A stretch of DNA of 64,000 nt from Lingula anatina. Lineage: Eukaryota; Animalia; Brachiopoda. Under the pieces are notes generated by a model, which ran no database searches, was not told where the DNA came from, and saw only the letters and a list, made by a program, of their open reading frames with translations. The position numbers were made by a program, and so were the translations under genes. The stretch spans positions 1,806,954-1,870,953 of the forward strand of contig CM120644.1 of NCBI GenBank assembly GCA_051362555.1. The letters are read 5' to 3'. Below, one piece after another: positions 51,501-64,000 of this stretch; the stretch's first letter is position 1; every line of letters begins with the position of its first letter.

Positions 51501-53284
51501 TTTAACCTGTCCGTTTTCACGTAGGGCTGGGCACTATAGAATACTGGTACAATAGTTTAACCTGTCCGTTTTCAGGTAGGGCTGGGCACTATAGAATACT
51601 GGTACAATAGTTTAACCTATCCGTTTTCAGGTAGGGCTGGGCACTATAGAATACTGGTACAATAGTTTAACCTATCCGTTTTCAGGTAGGGCTGGGCACT
51701 ATAGAATACTGGTACAATAGTTTAACCTATCCGTTTTCAGGTAGGGCTGGGCACTATAGAATACTGGTACAATAGTTTAACCTATCCGTTTTCAGGTAGG
51801 GCTGGGCACTATAGAATACTGGTACAATAGTTTAACCTATCCGTTTTCAGGTAGGGCTGAGCACTATAGAATACTGGTACAATAGTTTAACCTATCCGTT
51901 TTCAGGTAGGGCTGGGCACTATAGAATACTGGTACAATAGTTTAACCTATCCGTTTTCAGGTAGGGCTGAGCACTATAGAATACTGGTACAATAGTTTAA
52001 CCTATCCGTTTTCAGGTAGGGCTGGGCACTATAGAATACTGGTACAATAGTTTAACCTATCCGTTTTCAGGTAGGGCTGGGAACTACAGAATCCTGGTAC
52101 AATTTTTTAACGTACCCGAGGGATGACAATGACGACCACAGATACCGTAGTGTAGGATTTCCAATGGCTCATACTGAGGTAAATATACAGTTCGCTCATT
52201 TCTTTTGAGCAGACATCTGGTACAGTAAAATTCACTCGGAATCATTTTTTCACATTAATCATACACTGAATAATTTATATTCTCTTGTGTTACGTTATTC
52301 TACTTCTGTTAATATTCTATTATTTTATTTCAGGTGAAAATTGTTGATAAAAACAAGAAGATCGTGCCAATTGGCGTTGAAGGGGAAATATGCGTAAGGG
52401 GATTTTCGATGTTCAGTACATATTACGGTTGTGAAGACTTGTACAGGAAAGTGATGTCCCCGTCTGGTTGGTACTACACAGGGTATGTTAAATTTGACAG
52501 CATGGAAGGAAAATGTGATAGTTGTGACAACACACTGGATGATTGGGATAGAACACACTGGATGATTTTGATAGTTGTGACAACACACTGGATGATTGTG
52601 ATAGAACACACTGGATGATTGTGATAGTTATGACAACACACCAGATGATTGTGATAGTTGTGACAGCACACTGGGTGAGTGTGATAGTTGTGACAACACA
52701 CTGGGAGAGTGTGATAGTTGTGACAACACAATTTGCTGATTGTGATAGTTGTGATAACACACTGGGTGAGTGTGACAGTTGAGACAACACACTGGATGGT
52801 TGTGATAGTTGCGGCTGTGAATTAGAAGAAGTGTAAGTTTTGAAAATCTTGAATGACTTTTTCATCCTTTTTATTCGCGCCACGTAAAATATCAAGTTTA
52901 ACGCCTTAGGAAAACATCATGTTTATACCGCAATGTATTAATATTGTATCTCACATTATCTGAAGTGTAAAAATGATCTACATTTTAGGGACATTGGGTC
53001 TATGGACGAGTACGGGTTTACATACTTCAGTGGCAGAAAAGCCAATGTACTTCATTTTAACCGCTGCGGTGACAACGTTTATCCTGCTGCTATAGAAGCT
53101 GCGGCAGAGAAACATCCCAAAGTTAGCCAGACACAGGTGAGAGGGAGAGAGAGAGAGAGAGGGAGGGAGGGAGGGAGGGAGATGATACATTTGAACAGAA
53201 ACCCACTTCATATTTCGTATTGCAGGCTGTCGGTTTTAAGGAGCCGGGGGTGGTGGACTGCGACACAATCATCTTGTGTGTCAT
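40191..53284 (+). CDS. ACSF2-like adenylate-forming enzyme, copy 3 (exons 1-15 in window; exons 16-18 expected beyond 64000)
   Basis: Exons: 40191-40219, 40370-40553, 46395-46529, 47617-47670, 47912-48027, 48371-48424, 49222-49333, 49814-49909, 50350-50546, 50756-50853, 51146-51216, 52071-52178, 52334-52482, 52989-53136, 53226-53284. The frame is open throughout. Intron-15 sequence resumes at 63970 after the transposon. Confidence 0.85.
42303..46121. mobile_element. 3.8-kb P-element-superfamily-like non-autonomous transposon in intron 2 of copy 3
   Basis: Perfect 31-bp TIR CAAGGAGTTATAACAGAAGGAGATTACACGC and 7-bp TSD CTTAGAG. Empty site in copies 1 and 2. CANRG termini with a 7-8-bp TSD are typical of P elements. 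Confidence 0.8.
46713..47457. mobile_element. 745-bp copy-3-specific insertion in intron 3
   Basis: Flanked by the 9-bp direct repeat GGGAAACAG, which occurs once at this site in copy 1. No clear TIR; family unassigned. Confidence 0.55.
51301..52070 (+). repeat. 55-bp tandem repeat, 14 units, intron 11 of copy 3
   Basis: 770 bp = 14 x 55, abutting exon 12 at 52071. Confidence 0.95.
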
Positions 53285-54749
53285 GTGAGTTGCCTTTATT
53301 TTATTTATATAATACTATAGTGTCACTATTTCGCCAGTACTATTAATGAAGAACATATATATTTTTGGGAGCCTAAAAGATTTATTCGTATATTCTTATT
53401 TTCCAGTTACAATGTATTCTCTTTTATCCTATAGAGCGTCATTCCAATGTCATGATGTATCACAAAGTCTTTCTCCTACATTACCTTATTTGGTAATGTA
53501 ATAATTCATCAGCTCTTACACAATGTATATGATTATCCCTTTTTCCATAACTTTCCATCATTACGTCGTTACCAAAATGTAATCATTCTCTTCTTAGGCA
53601 ATGGTATGTTACTTGACCTTAGGTCGCAATTTCTATTAATACAGATTTTTCATTGTATCATCCTGAAGGAATGATAACTATACTCCCTTTTTCTTTTGTT
53701 ATTATTGAACAACACATGCACTCTTTATCTCTCTTACTTACACTGTTTAACCTCTTAACAAATTCATATTGTATCAGTAATGAAAGGTATAATGTCCCTT
53801 AGCAAAATGAAAAGTTTGCAGCAAACTCGCAAAAAATTTGCAGCAAATTTGCTGCAAACCAAATAGTTTGCAAGAAACTGTTTGCAGGTTGTTGCAAGAA
53901 AAATCACAGTTGTTGCAAATTTGCTGCAAATTTGCAGGAAGATTAAAAGTTTGCAGGTAGTTTGCAAGAAAACTATCATTTTCTAGCAAATTCGCAGCAA
54001 ATTTGCAAGAAAGCTTCTATTTTCTTGCAAATTTGCAGCAAATTTGCAAGAAGACCCTCATTTACATAAAAGTTTGCTGGATGTTTGCAAGAAAGACTAT
54101 ACACTGTTGCAAATTTGCAGCAAATTTGCAAGAAACTGCTCATTTACATAAAAGCCTGAAGAAAGTTTGCAAGGATAAATATACCCTGTTGCAAATTTGC
54201 AGAAAATTTGCAAGAAAACCTTCATTTACATAACATTTTGCAGGAAGTTTGCAAGAAAGACTAACATTGTTGCAAATGCAGTAAATTTGGAATAAACTCC
54301 TCATTTACATAAAGGTTTGCAAGAAACTCAGCTTTTATACACACCAAGTTGATTCATTTGCAAGAAATTGCAAGAAATTGTTTCATGTTTGCAGCAAATT
54401 TGCAAATTCTTTTTCATATAAAAGTTTGCCTGAGTTTTGCAAGAAAGTCCATACCTTTTTTTACTAACATACAGTTAAATTAATGATGTTTGCACTGAGC
54501 ATGGATGTCAGGAAGTGCCATTTTCGAGCCAAAATATTAGTATTAAGTTTAAAAAAAAAAAAAAAAAAGGCCAAGTTAACTAACAGCTTATGAGATTTTT
54601 GCATGAAACTAAGAAATTTATAAACTTTAGTTTATGAGAAGTCTGAAGACACCTGAAGACACTTAGACATTTGTTAATAGTTTGGGAGAAGTTTGCAAGA
54701 TGACATTTACTTAGTTTGCATCAAATTTTCGAGATACTCAGCAGTCTAC

Positions 54750-55140
54750 TTACAGTTCACAAGAAGTTTGCAAGAAACTTAAACAATTACTTACAGTTCG
54801 CAATACTTTGCAAGAAACTTAGACAATTACTTACAGTTCGCGATAAGTTTGCAAGAAACTTAGACAATTACTTACAGTTCGCGACAAGTTTGCAAGAAAC
54901 TTAAACAATTACTTACAGTTCGCCATAAGTTTGCAAGAAACTTAGTCAATTACTTACAGTTCGCCATAAGTTTGCAAGAAACTTAGACATCAACTTACAG
55001 TTCACAAGAAGTTTGCAAGAAACTTAGACAATTACTTACAGTTTGCGACAAGTTTGCAAGAAACTTAGACAATTACTTACAGTTCGCGATAAGTTTGCAA
55101 GAAACTTAGAAATTAACTTACAGTTCGCAAGAAGTTTGCA
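54750..55140. repeat. 41-bp tandem repeat in the EnSpm left subterminal region
   Basis: Unit GTTTGCAAGAAACTTAGACAATTACTTACAGTTCGCGATAA, about 9 copies. Confidence 0.9.
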
Positions 55141-55579
55141 AAAAAAAAACAAAAATGGCTATTTGCTTACAGTTTGCAAAAAACTTATAAAAATAGAAAT
55201 TAACTTTTTTTTGAAATAATCAAGATTTAGGCATTTGAAAACTTCTTTTCCATTCTCGAAACCATCCTTACTCAAACTAACAAAATTGTACTAAAAAAAA
55301 AAAAAAAAAAAAAAAAACAATTCATGTTCAGTTATGGATTTTGCCCACTTTTTGGCCAAATTTATTTATTTACATAACCCCACATAAAAAAAAATAGTTC
55401 CAAATGTTTATATAAATGATTATTTATTCATAATAACATTTGTACTTGATATAATTTAAGTTCTTATGTATTATTATCAAATTAATACTTTGATTTACTG
55501 CTTATAATACCGAGTAACCAGGATGATGTTAAGATTTCATAGGGTTTTCATGATTTAGGCAGATTTGGAGCAATACTGA

Positions 55580-56109
55580 GTTATGATGTAACCCACCAAC
55601 TATCAATGAACATAAAAATCAACACTACAGGGGATGACATTCCTCAGAAGTACTTCTTAAAAACAAATAAACTCTTTAGCCCAGGGTGAGTTTGCAAACC
55701 AGTGTATACTGATGAGCATGTGAAGATCACTTAATTGACTCCCAGTAATTGCATGGGCAGTGGCATACAGAAAAATGAGCAAAATACTAAGGTGCACTGT
55801 CAAGTTATGATCAGGGTAAATTGGTTTGTCACATGGGTCATCACAGGTATCTCCATTGAAATCATCATCACTGTCACTATAATCACCATCACAGTGCACT
55901 TCATTACTCAACTCTTCTTCGCTATAAGAGAAGTTAGGACCACAGTTTTCTTTGCCATTGTCATTTTCACAAACTTCTTTTAGTTGTTTTATTGTGTCAG
56001 GTATGTCACATATAGCTGTTGCTTTAATATTCTGTACATCCAACTCTTTGGCATTCTCAGGATAAGGTCTTTATCTTTTGGGTCTCACTCTACCAAGTTG
56101 GTCAGCCAT
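55580..56109 (-). pseudogene. EnSpm transposase N-terminal remnant
   Basis: Acidic linker followed by PIYPDHNLTVHLSILLIFLYATAHAITGSQLSDLHMLISIH, resembling the animal EnSpm transposase N-terminal motif as recalled. A frameshift then gives KSLFVFKKYF. In-frame stop near the start; no catalytic domain follows. Confidence 0.7.
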
Positions 56110-56614
56110 CTTGTCTAAAAAAAATAAGAAAAAAAAAAAAGAATTATGAAAAATATATGTCACAATAAGCCTAGATTGATCAATTTATTATAACAGGTCT
56201 CATTGATTAAAAAAGATGTACATTTTCAGTCCCCATTTACTATAGATTACTAAGTAGCATTGTATTCAAAGCAGAAAGATTCTCATTTCATTATATAGCA
56301 CCTACATAAACAAACTGATTTCTATCTAAGCAAAGAACAGTGGTCCTTCAATTGAAATGCATACTAGTAAGGGTGGAACTTCAAATTCAGTGTCCTTGAC
56401 ACATCTGGTCTTTCAAATTTTCATGGATAATTACAGTGCAGCAGAATTTGGTTCTTTTATGGAAACTACACACCTGAGAGATAATTAACTGTCTAAGCAG
56501 ACCAACACATTACACACTGATTCTTATCTGAGAGGTCTTTCAATTCAATTTGTTAAATCTCTAAGCCCTGTGGTTCATCAGAATGAAACAATGAAAGAAT
56601 TAAAAGCAAATTAT

Positions 56615-56645
<31 letters not shown>

Positions 56646-58524
56646 CAGCAAACCCATGCTTATTAAGTTCAGTTGGATCCTCGGTTTTCAGGATTTTTAG
56701 CGTACATAATTAGTGAAGTATGAATAAAGTTTTATTTACAGTTATTTGTGCATTGATTATTTAATTTTACTTGACTTTAACACCCCCCCTCCCCAATCCG
56801 ACATTCTTAATAGTAAAAATGTATTTCTGCTTAAGCATGCTGTGGAATGGACATTTAAGAATAAAACCCTAGATGTCACTCAAATCATGTAATTCACAGG
56901 CTCTTAAACTCTAATTAGTGCCTGAATACCTTTAAATTTCTTCTGCTAGTTTGTACATTGATAGTCTTCATATAGCAATACATGTATATATTCCTTATGT
57001 CTGTGGTATTGGCTTGTTCGAATAGAATTGCACTGTAAAATGATCAAGTAAATGTTGATAGTCCTTAATGCTAGAAAATTATATTTTCCTTGGCACTTGT
57101 TATTATTTTCTGAATCTTTTCTTGTAGTTTTTTGTTCTTTTTTTTCACTTTTGACCTTCAAATTTTTGCAATGTATTAAACTTATTTTTTAAGAGACACC
57201 TGCCAGATTCCCCCACCATCCCCCCCATTCAAGTCTCTGACATGCTCATCTTGCAAGATGCTGAGAGAAAGGATGAAACCTGTTCACACCTGACTGTTAA
57301 TAACTGATCTGTATCTAGGTAAAGATCATGGACCTTAAAATTCCTACTTGCTAATTAGAGAAGCATTTAACAACAAACAAGTATCTATCCCTTAAGGTAC
57401 ATACTGTCTTTCAACAAGCTTAGCTGAACAATTCCACTTCTAAGAGTATTTACAGGTCATCAAAGCTTAATGTGACTACAACTCAATTTTAAATTCTATA
57501 TTATCTGACAGATATTTTAGGACTACCTAAGCTATTTAGCTTCACTGGATTATAATGGATTCAATTAAAAGCATTTCACTTCCTGACAAATAACCCAAAT
57601 GACTGTAGAAGGGGTTCTAATAATGGAAAATTGCATTTTGTTATGCATATACCTAGAGACATCAAAATTTTATCAATTTTAGGATGCATAAATGGTAAAT
57701 TTTTGCCACAAAAGCTCACCAATTGCTAGTAAAAATTTTAAATAGTACTAAGATAATTACCGCAAGACATCACTTAATACTGCCCGAAAAATGATATTTG
57801 AACAATATTTTCTGCTAGCTTGCTATGCCGATATAATCCAGGCAGATAAGTAAGATATGTACTTGTATGTTAAATTTTCAGCCAAAATTTAAAATAAGGA
57901 GCAGTTAAAAGCTCCTTTTTGCTGATCAAGTGATTTTTCCTTGTCATGTCTAATAAATTATTCTAGTTGTATACCAAACTAGTAGAAGTAGTTAATAAGC
58001 ATTTACTGAGAATCCATGTTTCACCACACTCAGTTCAAAATGTACCTTTAACTATGGTAATATACACAGAAACCTACAGCTAATTTTATTAGATTTTGTT
58101 AAACTAGAATAAACTAAATAGGGAATAACAGTAGACAAGGGTAATATTTTATACACAGTTAAGTATCAAACTGTCATGTCTTAAGAAACACTAAAGGGAA
58201 TCCTCCTTCCAAATTCTTAGTTGACACTCACTCTTATAAAGGTGACAATTTTCAATTGGACGACAACTATCTGAAATGCTCAGCCCACAAGATGTGCTGC
58301 TAGCAAGGAAGAGCCCTATTCACACCTGACTGTTAATTACTATAGCACTGATCTGTATCAAAGATTCGGGGACTATTGTAAAGTGAATAATTATTTGTTG
58401 TTTAGGACAAGCAAGTCCCCATCTCCTAAGACTCAAACTGTCTCTTAATAAGCTTTCCTAAACAATTCCACTTTGAAGAATACAGCACAGCAGAGCCTAA
58501 TCTAACTGTAACTCAAAAATTTAA

Positions 58525-59515
58525 AGGACAACTCAGTGGGTTAGATTAATGTATAGAAGCAGGTTCTATGTAAAACTTTGATCAGATTTGTGTTTTGGGA
58601 GATTGTTTATTATTATATGAATAAGTCTGGGTCACAAAAGTCCTGTTAAGACAACTAGAATAAAGAATTAGAAAACGAAAACTATTTATCATGATTTCGG
58701 AGCACAGCCAGAAGTACTTCCGGCTCAAGGTCACGACCTCGATTTTCCCATGCTTACGACCAATCACAGCAGGCTTCAGTCAGAATGAGATAGACGTCAC
58801 GACTACACAGCGAAACTTGTCAGACATGTAAGTGCCGCCTGTCCATCTTTTCGGTACATGTACCGATCAAAAACAGAAAAAGTAAAGCCCAAAAACGCTC
58901 TTATACACGTAACCAACTTTGTATGAGCACAAATATTGCCATTTATTGTGAACAGGATAATATGATAATGAGACACACTTGAGACCTGTGAAGCGCATAC
59001 TCACGTGTCGAGGAGTAGTTTCGCCATTGCCTCGTATGTGAGTCCTAACTCAGCTTTAAGTGTCCTCCACCGCCCCACCTCCCTCCCAACATACACAGTC
59101 TGAGTGCTTCTTCGTCTGTCTCTAATTTCTTTCGTATCTTTTGAACAGGAGTGGCTATTTTCTTTCGCCCCCTTTTGTCGCTCTCCTCTTCAGACTTGAC
59201 GCGCGTCTGAGCCATGTTTGCTGTTTTGGCGCCAAATAGTAACATCCGGGTCTCAGCCGTAGTACTTCATTCATAGTAAACCGCGAGACTTAGCGAGAAA
59301 TTGCGCGTTCTGAAGCCGTACTGTGAGGTGGTAGCTGAGTATTTAAGACGAGTCGTCTTTTATTATTTAATGGAACTTAAAAACGGTATTAGGTAGCTTC
59401 ATTTTCTGAACGGTTTTGGATAAGATATACCTTGGTCATTATGGGGAAATTGGTGAGTTTTCCAGGAAAATTCATTTTCGTGCTATTTTAAGGGTTTAAC
59501 GCGCTGAGACTGTCT
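58525..59515. mobile_element. Kolobok-like ~1-kb element nested in the EnSpm
   Basis: TTAA on both sides with AG...CT imperfect TIRs (AGGACAACTCAG / CTGAGACTGTCT). The flanks are contiguous in the paralogous segment at ~57480-57570. Confidence 0.55.
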
Positions 59516-60625
59516 TTAATGTAACCTGACATATAAGTACATTTGGGCTATTTAACTTCACTGGATTGTTATAGACTTGATTTAAAATGTCATCATTATT
59601 TGACACAAAGCTAAAATGTAAGCAGAAAAGATGCTTTTAATGTAAAAATGCATTTTATATGGCATTTATCAGTTTTAAGACATTAAAATTATTTAACTTT
59701 TATCAATGTCAATTCATAAAAAATACACAAACCAAATGCTCCTTTTAATAAAACAATGTAAAGATAATATAAATCTGATGGTAACTTAGGAATGGAAAGA
59801 AAAAAAAGTAATATTTACTAACACTCACTATTAAACAATGTATCAAACTGTTTCGTGCTTTTTTTTTTTTTTCTGAAGAGACACCTGAGAGACCTCCAAC
59901 ATTCAAGTCTCTGTTGACACCCACTCAAATATTGCGATGATAATTTTCAATCATCTGATAACTATCTTGCTAGATAAGCTGCTACGTACCTTTCACTGCA
60001 TGGTTTGCTAGTATTGCTGGGATTCATCTTCCGCGAAATAAAGACACGCGCAGCCTTGACGACTTTTCAACAATTCCACCCCAGTAAACAATAGTTGGTC
60101 TGGATGCAGGAGCAGATCTGTAGTGGTGTTGGCAGAATCTACCTTTTCTAATAGTTAGATCAAATTTAAGATTCTTGGTCCACGGAGCTCTCATGAACGG
60201 CGATTATCTGACAACCGGAAATGGTCATGAAAACGACTAATCGTGATAGGTTGATGCGCGATCTGATGCATCACGGGAAATTTTGAAGAAGAAGACGGTT
60301 TGAGATTTACCGGCAGCTGATTTTAAGTTGGTGTAACCAGTTAGAAATTATTATGCGTTGATTGCAAAGCCAGGTGAGTGCAAAGGTTAATCAGAACGTT
60401 TGGTTCAAGATAGGATTTTACTACACTCAGAGAATTCTCATCATGCCTGCGAGTAGAAAGTAGAAAGTAAACCGATTCTAAATACAGTTCTAGTATGGGG
60501 GCGCTAGTATGGTACTTGTTGGGAAGGCCATCTCGTTCTCTCTCTCTCTCTTTCTCTTCTTATTTTCCTCTCTTTCCCTCTCTCTCTCTCCTTTTTTTCT
60601 GCTCTCTCTCTCTCTCTCTCTCCTT

Positions 60626-60658
<33 letters not shown>

Positions 60659-60702
60659 TTACGGTTGAATAAGTGTGTAACTATATTCTTTTTAAATTAT
60701 AG

Positions 60703-62717
60703 AGACGTGGATTACTATTTGTTTTGACAAGGATGGAGTTGTATCAGTGGAAGACGTTTCGAAGTTTCAGAGGGAGGAAGAGTAAGAAGGGGAAGTCCCT
60801 ACTGTTGGAGAGACACTCATGGCTCCTTGGGATGGTTGCATGTATTTGGCAAAAGTGATTTACATTTAGTGGTAAGTGTATTCTCAATTAGTATAGTTTG
60901 CTTAGGTGAAATAAATTCAAAGGGCAGAAGGGTTCATACGGCACTTAAGGTACATATTTACAGAGCATCGCTGTAACATGGATTTCCAGTAACATATATA
61001 AACTACTTCTTCAAATTTCCTAATTACTCAAATAAATTTAACATGACAAGGGGTAAACTGAATAAGTCACCAGATTGGTCATTAAAGAGCTTTAGACTGC
61101 TCCTTTCTTTAAATTTTTGGCCAGAAATTAAGCCTTTTTTCATGACCTATTATTATTATTATTATTTATTTATTTATTATTATTATTTATTTTTTTGCCC
61201 ATTGATATACAGCATAGAGTGCTAGCAGAAAAATCTGTTCAAATATTTTTTCTTTTCTTTTTTTGGAGGGGGGGTTAATTAAACTATGCCTTTTGGTAAT
61301 CCTCTAAATTATACTACTTGAAACTATATGCTGGCATTTTGTTGGCTTATGTGCATGGCCAAAATTTACTTCATATGCACCTTTAAACTTAGCCCCTTGA
61401 AATTACTTTTTATCTTGAAAAAAAAACTTGCACATTCAATCATATCTGCCACAGGAAAAAATTATAGTTTTAATAGTCTTGATGGTTTTAAAAGTCAGTT
61501 TTGGTCATTTCCACAGAAAGGAGAAATATCAAAGTGCAAATACATGTGTTTTAAAAGAATGCTTTGAAACCTATTCTCCTTTTATTTTAGATGACAGAAA
61601 TGCATGTCAGAAAGAAAAGAAGGCATATGTGAAAGGTGAGTAAATGTATTTTCAGTGAGTGTCAAAGACTTCTGAACAAATCTAAGAATTTAAGTGTATC
61701 ACCCTCATACTGACTTATCTCTTCTTTGTGAAACTAATATGTCTGATAATTCCATAATTATTGTTTTTTTTTTTTTTTTTTTTAATAGTAACACAGAATC
61801 CAAAATGTTTCAGTGTTGCCTTGCTTCTGAATAACAGGAACCCCACTTTTTTTTTAGTTCAAACAACCATGCAACCTATGATAAACTGTTCATATATATA
61901 AATATATATTCTTAATGCATCACTTTTTTGGTAGAATAACATTTTATGTTTTAACTTTTTTAGATAAAAGGACAACCAGAGCAATGGTAGTAGTGTAAGT
62001 ATATTGTTAATTGACCTGCAATTGCTGTTGCATATCTTTTCCACTAGATGCTGAAAAAAATGTAATTTCCTCTTTCAAATAATAAGTACATTTTACACAC
62101 ATGAATTCAAATTTAATAAAGCTTTCCCTGTGTTATTCAAGGAAAAAAATCAGAGCCAGCTTGTAATGCAGCAGTTGAAGAAAGTGTTTCAGTGCCTCGT
62201 GCATCATCTGTCCCCCGTCTTACTCCCACCATCTCCAACCCTGTGCCCTCCATATCTCCCCACACCCATACCATATCCAACCCTGTGCCCTCCATAACTC
62301 CCCACACGCATACCCTGTGCCCTCCATATCCATCCCCCCCCCCCCATCTGTCTCATTTAGTTTTTTAAATTAAGTCATGCTTTCTTTATTTATTGTTTAA
62401 ATTCTCTTTCTTTCAGTGTATGTTATTAACAACTTGAAAATGGATGGGCCAGCAATTAAGCACACTATGAGTGCAAAAATTCACACTGCAAAGAGGGCCT
62501 TAAAAAAGGTAGGAAAAGTATTTTTAACTGTGATTAGATTATACCATGCCTGCTAAATTTAATTTAGTTTTACTTAACAACATAAATCATATATATGTAT
62601 ATATATAGGTGTTTTTATTAATGGAAACTACTAGAAGCTTACTTGACAAACTACCTGTGAGTGCAACAAATTTTACAAGAAATGTCAAGTTTTATTTTTC
62701 TTGTCTTTCAGATGTGA
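60703..62717 (+). pseudogene. Decayed spliced accessory gene of the EnSpm element, possibly BEN-domain type
   Basis: Exon-like blocks with AG/GT borders: 60703-60871 (TWITICFDKDGVVSVEDVSKF..APWDGCMYLAKVIYI; one stop, one frameshift), 61591-61636 (DDRNACQKEKKAYVK), a Pro/Ser-rich block at ~62141-62330, 62417-62508 (YVINNLKMDGPAIKHTMSAKIHTAKRALKK) and 62712-62717 (M*). Family assignment is from recalled similarity only. Confidence 0.4.
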
Positions 62718-64000
62718 TATGGTGCTTGTATCCCAGTCGAAATTTGGTCTGACTTCTCTAGCGAGTGAAACAACAGCGGTGATATGTTTTCCAGAGATCA
62801 ACTACAACCTGCCTGATCTCTACGTTTATTTCTCTGGCTGACAGATTTGGAGTCTCCTAGGACAGCAGGGACTATCTAGCTATCAGTTCAACTGACCAAA
62901 CTCACTCTGAGCTCTTATACTAAGTTCTACTCCTTATATACTTATACACACAAAATACATTACAGTGAATCATTAACAGGATTGAGATATTGAAGCCAGT
63001 TAACAGAATTAAGACATATTACTAAGGACTCAATAATTAAACTCGGACTTCTTTAAACTTGGATGTAAATAAAGTTGTTGAATCCTCTTAAAGATTAAAG
63101 CATCCTTTATAGCTTGGTTACTGTTCTTTCCAATGAATAAAATGCATAAGCAGATTCACGTTGTATCATTATATCAGAGACATCTGAACAATCTTTACCA
63201 AATGTTGATTTAATTTGATTTAAATGTGCAAGTTTCTAAAATAAAATATTGAAAAATGTTTATGGTGTTTCTTACTGATATTCTGTGTGTGCTATTTTTT
63301 CATTCATTTGATAATTTTCTGTATGTGTTCTGCCAGCTGCACTATATGGCTAAAATACAGTAATAATATTTTGCTACTCCATGATTTCAAATATGGCATA
63401 CATGATTGAGATGTAATTTAAAAAAAAAACTGGCATAAATAAAAGCATAATCACTGGGTTAAATATTAGTTGTCAGTCTACTGCAATAGTGGTACTGCAG
63501 AAGAATGTTTTTTCGATTTTTTTTTTTTTTTTTTTGGGGGGGGGGGGGGGGGAGGGTTCCGGAAAAATTCGCGAGAACAGTTCTGGAGATTTTGCAGCAA
63601 ATTTGCAAGAAGGATTTCTTATGAGTTTGCAGAGCATTCGCAAGAACAGTTCTGGAGGGTTTGCAGCAAATTTGCAAGAACTTCTAGTGAATTTGCAGAA
63701 AATTCGCAAGAACAGTTCTGGAGAGTTTGCAGCAAATTCGCAAGAACTGTAGTAGAGAGTTTGCAGCAAATTCGCATGAATGGTTCTTGAGAGTTTGCAG
63801 CAAATTTGCAAGAAACCTGTGACAGATTCCCTTTTGTCATGCTGATTAAGTTTGTGGGGAGTTTGCAGCAAATTTGCAAGAGACTTAATTTACATGGTAA
63901 ATTTCCTCTTGCAAATTTGTTGCAAATTTGCAGCAACTGTTTGCAAGAAGCCTTAAATTTTGCTAAGGGGTATTCATTACGATCACAACTTTTTATCTGT

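Larger units (their letters stand above)
53796..63969. mobile_element. 10.2-kb EnSpm/CACTA (CMC) DNA transposon, degenerate, in intron 15 of copy 3
   Basis: TIR CCCTTAGCAAAAT...ATTTTGCTAAGGG and 2-bp TSD GT (empty site aatgtattcattac in copies 1 and 2). Dense subterminal repeats TTTGCAGCAAATTTGCAAGA at both ends, plus a transposase remnant. Confidence 0.9.

Noticed and set aside
63459-63936. Overlapping ORFs at the EnSpm ends (also 53764-54233)
   Set aside because: Products of the palindromic TTTGCAGCAAA subterminal repeats.

Overview
Eukaryotic (invertebrate animal, repeat content mollusc-like) genomic DNA, AT-rich. It holds a + strand tandem array of a multi-exon AMP-binding (ANL superfamily) enzyme gene most like ACSF2 acyl-CoA synthetases. 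Copy 1 (2945-14418) and copy 2 (22016-36244) each splice by hand into 18 GT-AG exons with consistent phases and a 607-aa ORF. Copy 3 (from 40191) has exons 1-15 in the window and runs past the window end, after a 10.2-kb EnSpm/CACTA transposon in intron 15. The first ~800 bp match the gene's 3' flank, implying a further copy upstream. The proteins keep the adenylation core (P-loop, TGD, A10 Lys) but have remodelled substrate-pocket and hinge motifs. Intron 11 ends in a copy-number-variable 55-bp array built from the exon-12 acceptor plus the first 48 nt of exon 12, so most units are GT...AG. Each copy has its own transposon insertions (Tc1 foldback, P-like, EnSpm with nested Kolobok-like, Helentron/HINE), with empty sites visible in the paralogs. 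All calls come from manual reading; no searches were run.
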